Assembly (NCBI GenBank): GCA_051382305.1
Contig: JBBCAV010000076.1
Span: 1-25,111 of the forward strand
Origin: Bdellovibrionota bacterium FG-2
GTDB taxonomy: Bacteria; Bdellovibrionota; UBA1018
Direction of reading: 5' to 3'
DNA: 25,111 bases
Shown: positions 24,914 to 25,111 of the stretch, piece by piece
How the letters are laid out: every line of letters starts with the position of its first letter
Numbering within the stretch: the stretch's first letter is position 1
Program-made: the position numbers and the translations under genes
Notes under the pieces: model-generated
Database searches by the model: none
What the model was told of the DNA's origin: nothing
What the model saw: the letters and a program-made list of their open reading frames with translations, nothing else

Positions 24914-25111
24914 CTAAGGGGCCACGAAGACGAAGCCGTCTTCACTGATCTCCCTAATTCGATAGCCGCGAGCAAGGATTTTGCGAACAGGGATGCCGAC
25001 ACCTTCCCAAAGATTCTTTAAGACGTATTCAGCCACTCCTACGAAGTCTTTTCCAAATCTCACGATGCGCGTGAAGACGAGGTGGTCCCAGAACCCGCGC
25101 TTGGCACTCTC
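24914..25111 (-). CDS. C-terminal 65 aa of a Y1 (IS200/RAYT-like HUH) transposase, cut by the window edge
   Basis: Not in the ORF track. My translation is ESAKRGFWDHLVFTRIVRFGKDFVGVAEYVLKNLWEGVGIPVRKILARGYRIREISEDGFVFVAP*. FW....F.R.V......V..YV..N matches the Y1 catalytic-Tyr helix. The HUH motif would lie outside the window. Confidence 0.7.
   Translation of the reverse strand, partial: ESAKRGFWDHLVFTRIVRFGKDFVGVAEYVLKNLWEGVGIPVRKILARGYRIREISEDGFVFVAP

Overview
A gene-dense bacterial window. The gene families and the many orphan secreted proteins suggest Bdellovibrionota/Oligoflexia or a related deltaproteobacterium, but this is inference. In order: (1) a 5'-truncated protein of more than 1290 aa with an amidoligase (COOH-NH2 ligase)-like domain followed by HEAT repeats arranged in ~243-aa macro-units; (2) two convergent AAA_14/DUF4143-type ATPases and a small wHTH protein, each with an upstream palindrome; (3) the rocF-rocD-pruA arginine-to-glutamate operon; (4) a PAS-GGDEF diguanylate cyclase; (5) a secreted orphan protein plus a three-gene ABC-2 (COG4586/4587/3694-type) transporter; (6) a type Ia-like parA-parB pair surrounded by four copies of a non-canonical 16-bp palindrome GGTCGCCGCGGCGACC, two of them inside parA in different reading frames. 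This candidate new parS is the best finding. (7) An orphan lipoprotein; (8) an intergenic hairpin that sequesters a perfect Shine-Dalgarno site; (9) a minimal eutB-eutC-eutL operon with one BMC shell gene; (10) a secreted protein with a caspase-like His/Cys dyad and an S41 peptidase; (11) the 3' end of a Y1 (IS200/RAYT-like) transposase. I found no rRNA, tRNA or CRISPR array. All family calls come from motif recognition by eye, not from database searches.
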